Below, piece after piece: positions 45,256-56,542 of a DNA stretch of 64,000 bases (positions are counted from its first letter, which is position 1; each line of letters starts with the position of its first letter). A program made the position numbers and the translations under genes. The notes beneath the pieces were generated by a model. That model was not told where the DNA came from. It saw only the letters and a program-made list of their open reading frames with translations, and ran no database searches. This stretch comes from an uncultured Candidatus Saccharibacteria bacterium (GTDB taxonomy: Bacteria; Patescibacteriota; Saccharimonadia; Saccharimonadales; JAGQNJ01): the NCBI GenBank assembly GCA_965231045.1, contig OZ246406.1, forward strand, positions 386,208-450,207, written 5' to 3'.

Positions 45256-45283
45256 CCCCAAGTTGAATCCTCTCAACTTGGGG
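45256..45283. repeat. 28-nt perfect hairpin CCCCAAGTTGA-GAGGAT-TCAACTTGGGG (as read on the minus strand)
   Basis: 11-bp stem and 6-nt loop. Same GA-GAGGAT-TC apex as the 8008 and 13484 hairpins, but with an entirely different, fully compensated stem. Confidence 0.85.
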
Positions 45284-45307
45284 ACCCCTCATTTTGCAAC
45301 ACTTTTA

Positions 45308-47287
45308 CTACTTGAGTACAGCCTTTATTCTACGTATTCCAGCGCTAGATGCTTCTTCTTTGACAATATGGAAGCGCTTGCCATCTTCGGCGAGTTGGCC
45401 GGTACGATCAACATGTGGCCCCCCACAAATTTCATAACTAAATGGCTTGTCGTCTTTTTTGCCTTGCATACGGTAGATTTTGATCACGTCACCATAGCGA
45501 TCACCAAAATGTCCCAGTGGTTTGAGTTTCTCCAGAGCGTATTTCTTAGGGTGCTCTTCAAATGTTACTGTCAGATCTTTATCGATCTGTTCGTTGACCA
45601 TATCTTCAACTTTTTGGAGTTGCTCAGCTGTAACCTTTTCTGGATGGCTAAAATCAAAACGTAGACGTTCTTCGGTAATATTTGAGCCGTGTTGAACGAC
45701 ATGATCGCCCAATGTTCGGCGCAAACTTTCATACATCAAATGCGTAGCGGTGTGGTACTTCTTGTGAATATCTTTTTGGCCGCCCAAACCGCCCTTGAAA
45801 GTTCCTTTGCTGGCAGTTTGCGAACGAGTTCTCTGTTCAATCATTTCGAAATCAAAATCTTTTTTCCAGTTCTTATCGATACTGATGTTTTGTATGGCTG
45901 CTTCTTCTAGACTGAGCTCTGGTGGAAAGCCAAAAGTATCGTATAGCTTGAATATATCTTTTCCCGTAAGCAGCGGCCCTTGCTCCATGGTGTAAAACTC
46001 TTTTGAAGAAGACGTTACCTTGGCAGCTTCCATTTTTTCTGAAACTTGGCCATCTTTTTTCCACCCAAGCTTATCTAGTTTATTAAATTCTCGGAGTCCC
46101 TTTCGTAGTGTTTGGCGGAAGGTTTTTTCTTCTTTAACTAGTGTTTCGATAATCTCAGCCTTGTTTTTTTCGACTTCTGGAAAGTCTTTTTCATATAGTT
46201 CGGCAATAACCGGCACTACATCCTGCAAGAAATTCTGCTCAATACCCAGGTCAAAGGCGAAGCGAATAGCCCGTCGAAGTAGTCGGCGCATCACGTAACC
46301 TTGCTCTTTGTTGCTTGGTTTTACACCATCAACGGCTAGGAAAGTTGCCCCGCGTAAGTGATCAGCAATTACCCGCATGCTGTTGGTGTGGCTCTCATAA
46401 GTTTTGCCACTTAGTTTTTCTAAGCTTTCGATAATTGGCCAAAGTACACTGATCTTAAAAACATCCGGGCTATCAATAGCTGCCGCCGCAATTCGTTCCA
46501 AACCGCCGCCAAAATCGATATTTGGCTTTTCCAACTCTTCGAAGCCTTTGTCGGTTCGACGATATTGCATGAATACTTGATTACCGATTTCCATAAATCG
46601 CCCCGAGTCACTTGCAGGATGAGGCTTACCATAACCTTCGGCATGATTCTGTTCACCAAAATCATAAAATACTTCACTATCCGGGCCACAGGGATCGCCT
46701 ATAGGAGTTTTATTGAGTCCACCACCACGACTCCACCAGTTCTCACCATCATCATAAAAGAAAATTCGCTCGCCAGGCTTTATCCCCCGCTTATCACCAT
46801 CGGCTTGAGAGCCAATCTCTACAATCTTGGCATCAATACCCTTTTTCTTGAATTGTTCTTGCCAAATTTTGGCCGCTTCATCATCACGTGGGATGCCGTG
46901 TGACTTATCACCAATAAAACAACTGACATAAAGTTTGTTTGGATCAAGTCCAACTATCTCTGTTAAATATTCAAAAAACCAGGCAATTTGTTCTTTTTTG
47001 AAGTAGTCACCCATGCTCCAGTTACCAAGCATTTCGAAGAAAGTCGTGTGGCGATTATCGCCAACGTCTTCGATATCCATGGCTCGAATACAGGTTTGGC
47101 TATCTGCCAGTCGAATACCGTCAGGGTGTTTTTCGCCAAGTAAGTAGCGAATTAATGGCTGCATACCACTACCTGTAAACAAGGTAGTTGGATCGTTATC
47201 GGGCACCAAAAGAGCACGCGGGATAATTACGTGGTCGCGTTTTTTGAAGAATTCTAAATAAGCATTGCGAATATCTTGTGCATTCAT
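45308..47287 (-). CDS. alaS: Alanine--tRNA ligase (short form, no C-Ala domain)
   Basis: 659 aa. Class II catalytic core, editing-domain H..H / CGG.H motifs (HTATHLM, ICGGPHV). Ends just after GIRRIKAV. Confidence 0.95.
   Translation of the reverse strand: MNAQDIRNAYLEFFKKRDHVIIPRALLVPDNDPTTLFTGSGMQPLIRYLLGEKHPDGIRLADSQTCIRAMDIEDVGDNRHTTFFEMLGNWSMGDYFKKEQIAWFFEYLTEIVGLDPNKLYVSCFIGDKSHGIPRDDEAAKIWQEQFKKKGIDAKIVEIGSQADGDKRGIKPGERIFFYDDGENWWSRGGGLNKTPIGDPCGPDSEVFYDFGEQNHAEGYGKPHPASDSGRFMEIGNQVFMQYRRTDKGFEELEKPNIDFGGGLERIAAAAIDSPDVFKISVLWPIIESLEKLSGKTYESHTNSMRVIADHLRGATFLAVDGVKPSNKEQGYVMRRLLRRAIRFAFDLGIEQNFLQDVVPVIAELYEKDFPEVEKNKAEIIETLVKEEKTFRQTLRKGLREFNKLDKLGWKKDGQVSEKMEAAKVTSSSKEFYTMEQGPLLTGKDIFKLYDTFGFPPELSLEEAAIQNISIDKNWKKDFDFEMIEQRTRSQTASKGTFKGGLGGQKDIHKKYHTATHLMYESLRRTLGDHVVQHGSNITEERLRFDFSHPEKVTAEQLQKVEDMVNEQIDKDLTVTFEEHPKKYALEKLKPLGHFGDRYGDVIKIYRMQGKKDDKPFSYEICGGPHVDRTGQLAEDGKRFHIVKEEASSAGIRRIKAVLK
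45336..45362. repeat. Direct repeat copy B (inside alaS 3' coding end)
   Basis: 27 nt identical to 45177..45203. Confidence 0.85.
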
Positions 47288-47330
47288 ATCTGTTACATTC
47301 TACCAGAATATTGTATTATTTATAGCTTTC

Positions 47331-47359
47331 TTGCAGACGCTATTGCAGCTATGTACAAT
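47331..47359 (+). promoter_or_regulatory. Promoter TTGCAG-17-TACAAT
   Basis: -35 at 47331..47336, -10 at 47354..47359, pointing into the riboswitch-like leader. Confidence 0.55.
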
Positions 47360-47377
47360 GAACTTATTAACAATTCA

Positions 47378-47478
47378 AAAATATAAAGAGTGCGGGGAGA
47401 GATCTAGCTTGTTGATCCGCCGGCAACCTAGCGAAAGCTAAGGTGCTCCATCTAGCCCATTGTTGGGAAAGATATTGG
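47378..47478 (+). promoter_or_regulatory. Candidate SAM-I-class riboswitch aptamer
   Basis: J1/2 AAGAG; P2 GCGG..CCGC with GGAGA/UUGAU k-turn-like bulges; P3 GGCAACC/GGUGCU capped by UAGC-GAAA-GCUA; CUAG/CUAG pseudoknot option; P4 CCCA-UUGU-UGGG; J4/1 AAA; P1 AAUAU/AUAUU. Confidence 0.6.
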
Positions 47479-47487
47479 TGTGGAATC

Positions 47488-47524
47488 ATCCTTTCTCGGC
47501 AAATTGTAGAAAGGATTTTTTATT
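47488..47524 (+). terminator. Intrinsic terminator (riboswitch expression platform)
   Basis: ATCCTTTCT-cggcaaattgt-AGAAAGGAT followed by TTTTTTATTT. The 5' arm can pair instead with aptamer GGGAAAGAT (47465..47473). Confidence 0.75.
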
Positions 47525-47526
47525 TC

Positions 47527-48003
47527 ATGTCTCTGACCACTGAGCGTCAACCACGTTTACCCTACCCTGAACACCAACCTGGATTTGGCTTTGTTGATCT
47601 TGTATCGCTAATAGTAGAACGTAGTTTTAGCCCCGAACTTCTAAAGAAAAGCGATATTTCTTTTCCTGACGTGGCAGTAACTCTAGGCACATGTGTGATT
47701 GGGCAAGAAGTTCGAACAACTCGCATAGGCGCCGTCGACTCGATTGGTGAAGGTACTGTTATTGAGGTCGGAGCACATATTGGACGAAATGTTAGTATTG
47801 GTAGCAATAGTGTGCTTGGTGCGGGTGTTATCCTGGAACACGAGTCAACAGCTTGCAATCAGGTGATCATGGAAGAAGGCTCTGCCCTACGAATTGGCGC
47901 TGTTGCTAATGATCGAGCTCATCTTGGTGAGCGTTCGGAATTAAGTTACGACGCGGTACTTGATGCAGGCGATAAACTATTACCGGGTGAGATCAGATAC
48001 TAG
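47527..48003 (+). CDS. Left-handed beta-helix (hexapeptide-repeat) protein, unknown function
   Basis: Start MSLTTERQ just after the terminator U-tract. Imperfect [LIV]-G-x4 hexads (IGAVDSIGEGTVIEVGAHIGRNVSIGSNSVLGAGVIL). The tracked N-terminal extension covers the leader RNA. Confidence 0.6.
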   Translation: MSLTTERQPRLPYPEHQPGFGFVDLVSLIVERSFSPELLKKSDISFPDVAVTLGTCVIGQEVRTTRIGAVDSIGEGTVIEVGAHIGRNVSIGSNSVLGAGVILEHESTACNQVIMEEGSALRIGAVANDRAHLGERSELSYDAVLDAGDKLLPGEIRY

Positions 48004-49057
48004 AGATTATCCCACCACCTAAACATATATCTTTGTCATAAAAAACAGCTGATTGACCAGAAGTGACAGCTCGGATCGGTTGACTAAGCTTAACTTGTAA
48101 AGCTTTTCCGTTATGTTTAATTTCAGCTTCCACAAGTGGGGCACGATAACGAGTACGAACACTTAACTTGCTAAGTTTAGGTTCTTCATTTATCCAGTGT
48201 ACGTCTGTTAATTTTAGCTCATCGCTCCACAGGTTTTCATCATCCAAATTGGTGCTAACATATACTTCGTTCTTTTTCATATCCTTGCCAATTACGTAGT
48301 AAGGCAGTCCCCCTCCCACGTCTAAACCGTGCCTCTGTCCAATAGTGTAGAAAATCGCACCTTCGTGCTGACCGATTATTTTCCCGTTTTCATCAATAAT
48401 ATTGCCTGGTTTCGTCTTAACATAATTGCCTAAGAAATCTTTGATGCCTACTTTGCCAACAAAACAAATTCCCTGACTATCTTTCTTATCCGCAGTCACG
48501 AGTCCAAGTTTTTTAGCCATGGCCCGAACTTCGGCTTTAGTCTTAAAATCACCGATTGGCATTAAGCTTTTTTTGAGTGCATCCTCTGTTACACGATACA
48601 AAAAGTACGTCTGATCTTTATCGGTATTTTTGGCCGTCAATAATTTACCATCTTTTATGCGAGCATAGTGTCCGGTCGCAATCATGTCGGCGCCGTCTTC
48701 AAGGGCAGTTTGCAAAAACAACTTAAACTTAACTTCTTGATTACACATAATATCAGGGTTTGGCGTTCGGCCGGCATTGTACTCTTCAATCATGTAATCA
48801 ACGACTTTGTGGCGATATTCTTTCTCAAAATCATACATTTTAAACGGAATCCCCAGTTGTACTGCCACGCGCTTTGCATCCTGATAATCTTCTTTCCATG
48901 GACAATGATGCCCTGGCAAATCTTGGCTCCAGTTTTTCATATACACGCCCGTGACGTCATAGCCATGCTGCTTTAGCAGTGCTGCAGTGACGGAGCTATC
49001 AACTCCACCAGACAATCCAACGTAGACTTTTTTCGCCATAGTCGGATATTGTAGCAT
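47993..49057 (-). CDS. mnmA: tRNA-specific 2-thiouridylase MnmA
   Basis: PP-loop VYVGLSGGVDSSV. Start MLQYPTMAKK preceded by GAGGTG. The tracked 92-aa N-terminal extension is antisense to the HD gene. Confidence 0.9.
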   Translation of the reverse strand: MLQYPTMAKKVYVGLSGGVDSSVTAALLKQHGYDVTGVYMKNWSQDLPGHHCPWKEDYQDAKRVAVQLGIPFKMYDFEKEYRHKVVDYMIEEYNAGRTPNPDIMCNQEVKFKLFLQTALEDGADMIATGHYARIKDGKLLTAKNTDKDQTYFLYRVTEDALKKSLMPIGDFKTKAEVRAMAKKLGLVTADKKDSQGICFVGKVGIKDFLGNYVKTKPGNIIDENGKIIGQHEGAIFYTIGQRHGLDVGGGLPYYVIGKDMKKNEVYVSTNLDDENLWSDELKLTDVHWINEEPKLSKLSVRTRYRAPLVEAEIKHNGKALQVKLSQPIRAVTSGQSAVFYDKDICLGGGIISSI

Positions 49058-49096
49058 TTTCACCTCTGTTTTTCCAGTGTCTGTTATGATGGACTC

Positions 49097-49756
49097 ATGA
49101 GTGATCTTCAAGCTATCCAGAAAACAGCGGATTACGTTAGGGAGAAATTTAGTGGTGAGGGCACCGGCCACGACTGGTGGCACATGTATCGTGTATGGCA
49201 AACAGCCAAAACTATCGCCAAGAAAGAAGGTGGTGACCTGCTTGTTGTTGAACTTGGAGCATTGCTTCATGATATTGATGATTGGAAATTTAATAACGGT
49301 GACAGTAGTAAAGGTGCGATGGTAGCTAGACAATGGCTCGAGAGTTTAAATGTTAAATCAGAAGTTATTGATGAAGTATCGTTTATTGTTGAACATATCT
49401 CGTTTAAGGGTGGAACAAACCAAACGCCAATGCGTACTTTAGAGGGAAAAATTGTCCAAGATGCCGATAGATTGGATGCACTTGGAGCAATTGGGATCGC
49501 CCGAACATTTGCCTATGGAGGGTCTGCGGGTCGAGAAATATACAATCCAAATGTTGCGCCAAAAGAGTATCAATCGTTAACCGAGTTTAAGAATCAAATC
49601 AAAGATAACCACACCATTAATCATTTTTACGAAAAATTGTTGTTACTTAAAGACAAAATGAATACCAAGACAGGCAAGTCTATGGCGATGCAAAGACATA
49701 AATATATGGAAGCTTATCTCAAAGAATTCTACGCCGAGTGGGACGGTAAAATCTAA
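49097..49756 (+). CDS. HD-domain phosphohydrolase
   Basis: HDWWHMYRV .. LHDIDDWK .. DADRLDALGAIG motifs. Confidence 0.8.
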   Translation: MSDLQAIQKTADYVREKFSGEGTGHDWWHMYRVWQTAKTIAKKEGGDLLVVELGALLHDIDDWKFNNGDSSKGAMVARQWLESLNVKSEVIDEVSFIVEHISFKGGTNQTPMRTLEGKIVQDADRLDALGAIGIARTFAYGGSAGREIYNPNVAPKEYQSLTEFKNQIKDNHTINHFYEKLLLLKDKMNTKTGKSMAMQRHKYMEAYLKEFYAEWDGKI

Positions 49757-50072
49757 ACATCTAAAAATATTGTCACTGAATCACTTTTGACGTGCATGAT
49801 GCCTCGAGCGATTCTGATTCGTTTCTCTTCGTTGAAAGCGCGTACAATTAGGTCGCAAGGATTTAGCAAAGTTATAAATTTATGGTGTCCTGGCAAAACA
49901 TCAAACGGACCAGTGTTATTGACCGCACTGATACTATCAGCTTCACCATCATAATAAACCTTGAACGGCGAATGAATCTTGACGCTTAGGAGTTTGCTCT
50001 TGGTTTTTGTAGCACTTTTTGATCGACCATCGTCGACTATCTGACCTGTGCTGGCATCTTGTCGTAAAGCCA

Positions 50073-50073
<1 letters not shown>
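49753..50073 (-). CDS. atpC: F-type ATPase subunit epsilon
   Basis: 106 aa, beta-sandwich pattern (GPFDVLPGHHKFITLL). 1-nt overlap with atpD. Confidence 0.8.
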
Positions 50074-52221
<2,148 letters not shown>

Positions 52222-52225
<4 letters not shown>

Positions 52226-53652
52226 CGCTTAATCTCCACTAGGCTTTTGCCTCGAAGTTCCTCAAGAATTTCGGTGTATTTAACATCATCTGTTACTTTT
52301 TCTGCATATTCTGGTGCAGCCAGTTTTAAAGCTTGTATATCAATCACCTGTCCTTCGCCACTATTTATGACAATATCGAGCATTAACTGTTGCGCCATTA
52401 CAGAATAGAGTTCGCTTGCGCTTTGCTCCAAAACACTCAATATATGCTTGCCTCGTTCAAGATTTTGGCGTGCTTCAAGGGCCAACTCAGACCCAAAATG
52501 AGCAAATTCTTGAGCTTGTCGATATACTGCCATTGCCTTAAGGATTTGGGAGGTAAGTTTTTTCTGGCGATCATTGTGACCTCGGCCACCTACACGGGTG
52601 ACGCTAAGGCCAAGATTGACTGCAGGGCGAATGCCTTCTCGGAAAACATCCATATCTAAAATCCACTGTCCGTCAGTAATCGACATGATATTGGTTGGCA
52701 GATAAGCCGTAATGTCACCGTCAGGGACTAATACCAAAGCAATACTTGTTAGGGTTTTGTGAGTTTTCTTAATTTTTCCAGCGCGTTCTAGTAGTGATGA
52801 ATGAGCATGGAACATATCGCCTGGGTACGAATCACGTCCTGGGCTGGTGCCTGAAATAAGTGCAATTTCTCGAAATGTGTAGGCATGAGATGTAAGATCG
52901 TCGTAAATAACAGTTGCATCTTGGTTACATTCCTTCCATAAATACTCACCCATTGCACAGGCAACATATGGTGCAAGATAGCTCATTACCAACGAATCAA
53001 AAATTGTCGATACAATAACTATGCTTTTCTTTATTGCCCCTGTGGATTCTAATTTAGTCAGCAATGTATCGACGTCACTACGACGCTTACTGATTAACAC
53101 ATAGATAACAATCTCGTCCTTATCAACCTGGTTAGTTGTCAGTTGAGCAGCCAAGGTACTTTTGCCTGATTTACTATCACCCAAAATTGCAATACGTTGA
53201 CCTTTCACCAGTGGGAATACCGAATCAATCACTGTAACACCAGTTTCAAGTTGAGTATCAAGTTGTTCTCTTTCATGTATTGGTGGAGCCTCAGCAAACA
53301 CTGGCACAACAGCATCAGCTGAAATTGTTCCCTTACCATCCAATGGTTCACCCGTAACGGATATTACCCGGCCAATAAAGCCCTTGCCTACTTTGCAGAC
53401 TAGATCGGTATGCTGGATAACTGCTACCATCCCAATCTGTAAAGGTGAATTTCCTAGGTGTAAAACCAGCACATAATCAGGGTAAACATGATGAACAAAA
53501 CCTTTGCTCCCATCCTCGAACATAATCAATGATCGAATATTTACCGGGTGTAAACCTTTCACCTTAATCAAAAAACGATTCACACCGATAACTTCACCCA
53601 CAGGATTGCCGGAGTCAATAAGTTGCTTAAAATGCGTACTCTGGCTACTCAT
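52222..53652 (-). CDS. atpA: F-type ATPase subunit alpha (short, 476 aa)
   Basis: P-loop GDSKSGKST, conserved SITDGQWIL and RPAVNLGLSVTRVG. Confidence 0.9.
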
Positions 53653-54139
53653 TTTCGCCCTTCACCTCTTTTATCAGCAAGTCTTGTTTTGAGCTCAAGT
53701 ATTGACGAAGGCTAAAATCAAATTGTTTATTGCTGGTCCTAACTACACAACCGGCGGCAATACTGGGCTGTAAACCAACTTGAACAAGTAAGGTTTGATG
53801 AATTTCGGTACGTAGCCACTTAATCAGCTTCTTCATGAATGCCGGCGATGGCGTAGTTGCAAAACTAATATGGATTGATGGGGCGGCTGTGGCAACTTTT
53901 TCGATAAGATTGGTCAATTTTTCTCTGTCAGAAACGTGCAAAAGGTTATAGCCTAATGTAGTGGCCAGCTCTTCGGTCTGTGGGCTAAGCTTTGGCAGCG
54001 TGGCCTGCTTACCTCCCTTGCGCAGTTTATATTGATGCATTACATCATTAAGTTCTTCTAACTCATGTCTAACTCGAATTACATCAGCTTTTCCTGTTAT
54101 TGCGACTGGTAGTATCTGTTTTTCAGCCACGCTGATCAT
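53645..54139 (-). CDS. atpH: F-type ATPase subunit delta (OSCP-like)
   Basis: Operon position, and C-terminal GCVVRTSNKQFDFSLRQYL resembling the OSCP C-terminus. Otherwise divergent. Confidence 0.6.
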   Translation of the reverse strand: MISVAEKQILPVAITGKADVIRVRHELEELNDVMHQYKLRKGGKQATLPKLSPQTEELATTLGYNLLHVSDREKLTNLIEKVATAAPSIHISFATTPSPAFMKKLIKWLRTEIHQTLLVQVGLQPSIAAGCVVRTSNKQFDFSLRQYLSSKQDLLIKEVKGENE

Positions 54140-54801
54140 GCCCCGCTTTTGATATCTTCAAGTATTTCTTTCTTATTGGCTTCCAAATCTCCGATGATAT
54201 ATTCCAACTGATCCTCGAGGTCTATCTGATCACCTATGGCCGCTACGACATAATGATTCACTATTTCAGACATATTTTTTTCAAATCGGCCAATCAAACG
54301 CTCTTTTTCTGATGTAACTTCCTTCTTAAGTTCTTCGCCCAAAATTTCTCTCTGTTGTTCTATGGCAACTCTCGTCTTTTCGATTGATTCAGTAGCTAGC
54401 TTTTTAGCATCAGTTATCGACTGCTCGTACTTGGCAAACTCCTCACGTAACGTTCGGGTAATTTCTTGCTTCATGTACTCGTTTAGCTCTGATGTAGTAA
54501 GCCTAAGGTCTTGCTGCAAGAACATAGCATTTTCACCAATAATTTTCTCAAAATGAAGTCGCCCACGATTTCGCAGTTCTTCTCTAAATTCATCATTGAA
54601 GATATGTTCTATATCTTGTTCGGTATCTTGCAAGAGTTTAGCATCAAGCCCTGTTGGGTGATGCTTATCAAGTGTATGGGCAGGTTTGGAAGAGTCATGC
54701 TGAGCATGATCATGATGAGATAACCTGATAGCGTTCCAAATAAACGCAGCTGTAGCCGCTAAAACAGTTGCTATTATTAGTACTAATTGCCAGAGTTCCA
54801 C
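54136..54801 (-). CDS. atpF: F-type ATPase subunit b-like (long, 221 aa)
   Basis: Single N-terminal TM plus long charged coiled coil, first gene of the operon. GTG start with GAGGGTGG upstream. Confidence 0.6.
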   Translation of the reverse strand: MELWQLVLIIATVLAATAAFIWNAIRLSHHDHAQHDSSKPAHTLDKHHPTGLDAKLLQDTEQDIEHIFNDEFREELRNRGRLHFEKIIGENAMFLQQDLRLTTSELNEYMKQEITRTLREEFAKYEQSITDAKKLATESIEKTRVAIEQQREILGEELKKEVTSEKERLIGRFEKNMSEIVNHYVVAAIGDQIDLEDQLEYIIGDLEANKKEILEDIKSGA

Positions 54802-54880
54802 GTTTGTATGTGCCCACCCTCAAGTGCTTATGGCTATAATCTAGTTAAACTATAGCTTAAAAACAGTAGTAAGGGAAGGT

Positions 54881-56026
54881 CTATTGGAGGCTTTTTTGTA
54901 GATTTTCTACAGTGTATACAATGTCATCTTTTTTTGTGCCACGACCCATGCTAAAACGTAGACTACTTTGGGCCTGTTTATCGCTCAGTCCAATAGCATG
55001 TAAGACGTGTGAAACTTCTTCGTTACTAGCACTGCAAGCTGATCCAGTTGCGCATTGTATACCGCGCTCGTCCAGAACCATTAGTAAACGTTCGTTATCT
55101 TGACCATCAATCGTTAGATGTACATTATTTGGCAATCGGTATTCAACCGAGCCATTGACGGTTACTCCGACTATTTTTTCTGCCAAGTTAATAAATTGTC
55201 TCTGAAGTTCTTCTAACCTTTTCACTTCTGATTGGCGCATTTCTTGGGAAATTTGAAGGGCTTTTGCAAAACCCATAACATTTGCCACGCCCTCAGTTCC
55301 ACTACGAAAGCCCTTTTCTTGCCCACCACCCAAAATTAGGGGCTGCAGATTAACATTTGCAGCTTTGTAGAGAACCCCACTTTGTTTTGGACCATAAATC
55401 TTACCCCCGTTTAAGGTCATAAGATCAACTCCCAGCCGATGTATATGCAGATCAAGATAATTAGCCGCCTGACAAGCATCAGTGTGCAAATACAAGGGAT
55501 GAGTGTTACCTTGTTTTTTACGCTCAGCACGAACTTTTTCAACGATTTTTGCCAGTTCACGAATTGGTTGAATGGTGCCGATTTCGTTATTAGCGTACAT
55601 GACACTTATCAGCACAGTTTTATTGGTAATTTTCTTCTCCAGATCGATTAAATCAATTCGGCCATCGGGACGAACTCTTACTTCTTCGGTATCGAACTGA
55701 GCGGCAGGCTTTAGAACCGATTCATGCTCAATAGCACTGACAAGTATGTGCCCACCAGGGTATTGACGCATTACTCCGGCTATTGCTAAGTTATTAGCTT
55801 CTGTGCCACCAGCCGTGAAGATAATTTCTTCACTTTTTGCGCCAAGTTGGTGGGCAACACTAGCCCTTGCAGTCTCGATGTCCTTAGAAACTTTTTGCGA
55901 AGCCAGGTAAAGTGCCGATGGATTATAAAAATCATCTGTAAAGTATGGCTGCATGACAGACATAACCTTTGGGTCTACGGGCGTAGCCGCGGCGTAATCG
56001 AGATAAACATTCCTTTTCATACTCAT
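54881..56026 (-). CDS. Cysteine desulfurase (class V aminotransferase, NifS/IscS-like)
   Basis: FTAGGTEANN, HTDACQA, and the active-site Cys loop ATGSACSAS. Confidence 0.9.
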   Translation of the reverse strand: MSMKRNVYLDYAAATPVDPKVMSVMQPYFTDDFYNPSALYLASQKVSKDIETARASVAHQLGAKSEEIIFTAGGTEANNLAIAGVMRQYPGGHILVSAIEHESVLKPAAQFDTEEVRVRPDGRIDLIDLEKKITNKTVLISVMYANNEIGTIQPIRELAKIVEKVRAERKKQGNTHPLYLHTDACQAANYLDLHIHRLGVDLMTLNGGKIYGPKQSGVLYKAANVNLQPLILGGGQEKGFRSGTEGVANVMGFAKALQISQEMRQSEVKRLEELQRQFINLAEKIVGVTVNGSVEYRLPNNVHLTIDGQDNERLLMVLDERGIQCATGSACSASNEEVSHVLHAIGLSDKQAQSSLRFSMGRGTKKDDIVYTVENLQKSLQ

Positions 56027-56161
56027 ACTCTACCTTAAGACATCTCACGCATTAGCGCCAGAACCAATTTCTCTTCGAGCAGCAGATCGAAAACGTATCT
56101 GAAATACGTTGAGTGAGCAGCCGCAGAAGAAAATTGTGTTATGGGTCAATGCGTGGGTGTC

Positions 56162-56530
56162 TTAAACGAAGTTGTAGATTTCGCTCTTAATTCGTTTGTT
56201 ATATAACTCGGCCGCCTGGTAAAGGTGTTGGGCTTCTTGCAAAGTTACGTGTTGATAGTGATTACCGTTTTGAGATTTCAAGATACCGGTTGGACGGACA
56301 TCATACCTTGTAGTCATGATTCGATAATTACCTGTCTCATCAGTCCACTCTTCGTGCCACACCCAAGTATGTCGATCAAGACAAAAGAACTCGCGGCGGT
56401 GACCTTTAGGCACTGGTCCGAATAACTGACCACCAATTCTTGCCTCATGACGCATGAATTTCTGTCGCAATTTCGTACGACGATCTTCTTCCTTCTGCGG
56501 GCTTAAACTTTGGATAAATTTCTTAATCAT
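56162..56530 (-). CDS. Hypothetical protein (122 aa)
   Basis: GGAGGTGG SD upstream; Trp/His-rich core (HTWVWHEEWTDETGNY); no family recognised. Confidence 0.5.
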   Translation of the reverse strand: MIKKFIQSLSPQKEEDRRTKLRQKFMRHEARIGGQLFGPVPKGHRREFFCLDRHTWVWHEEWTDETGNYRIMTTRYDVRPTGILKSQNGNHYQHVTLQEAQHLYQAAELYNKRIKSEIYNFV

Positions 56531-56542
56531 GATCCACCTCCT

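Noticed and set aside
44729-45664. 311-aa plus-strand ORF spanning the 127-aa gene, the intergenic gap and the alaS 3' end
   Set aside because: It is antisense to a motif-rich AlaRS and to another minus-strand ORF. It has a low-complexity Ser/Phe/Leu composition and no SD, so it is best explained as a shadow ORF.
47288-47400. T-box leader for alaS (and for metG at 59259..59270)
   Set aside because: There is no specifier or T-box sequence on the minus strand. The structured RNA in this gap is on the plus strand, and the gap upstream of metG is only 12 nt.
49058-49333. N-terminal extensions of tracked ORFs (mnmA; also 7983..8063, 12156..12251, 41114..41179, 57788..57889, 27078..27170, 47443..47526)
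   Set aside because: Conserved family N-termini begin at internal Met/TTG codons. The extensions overlap neighbouring genes, tRNAs or structured RNA.
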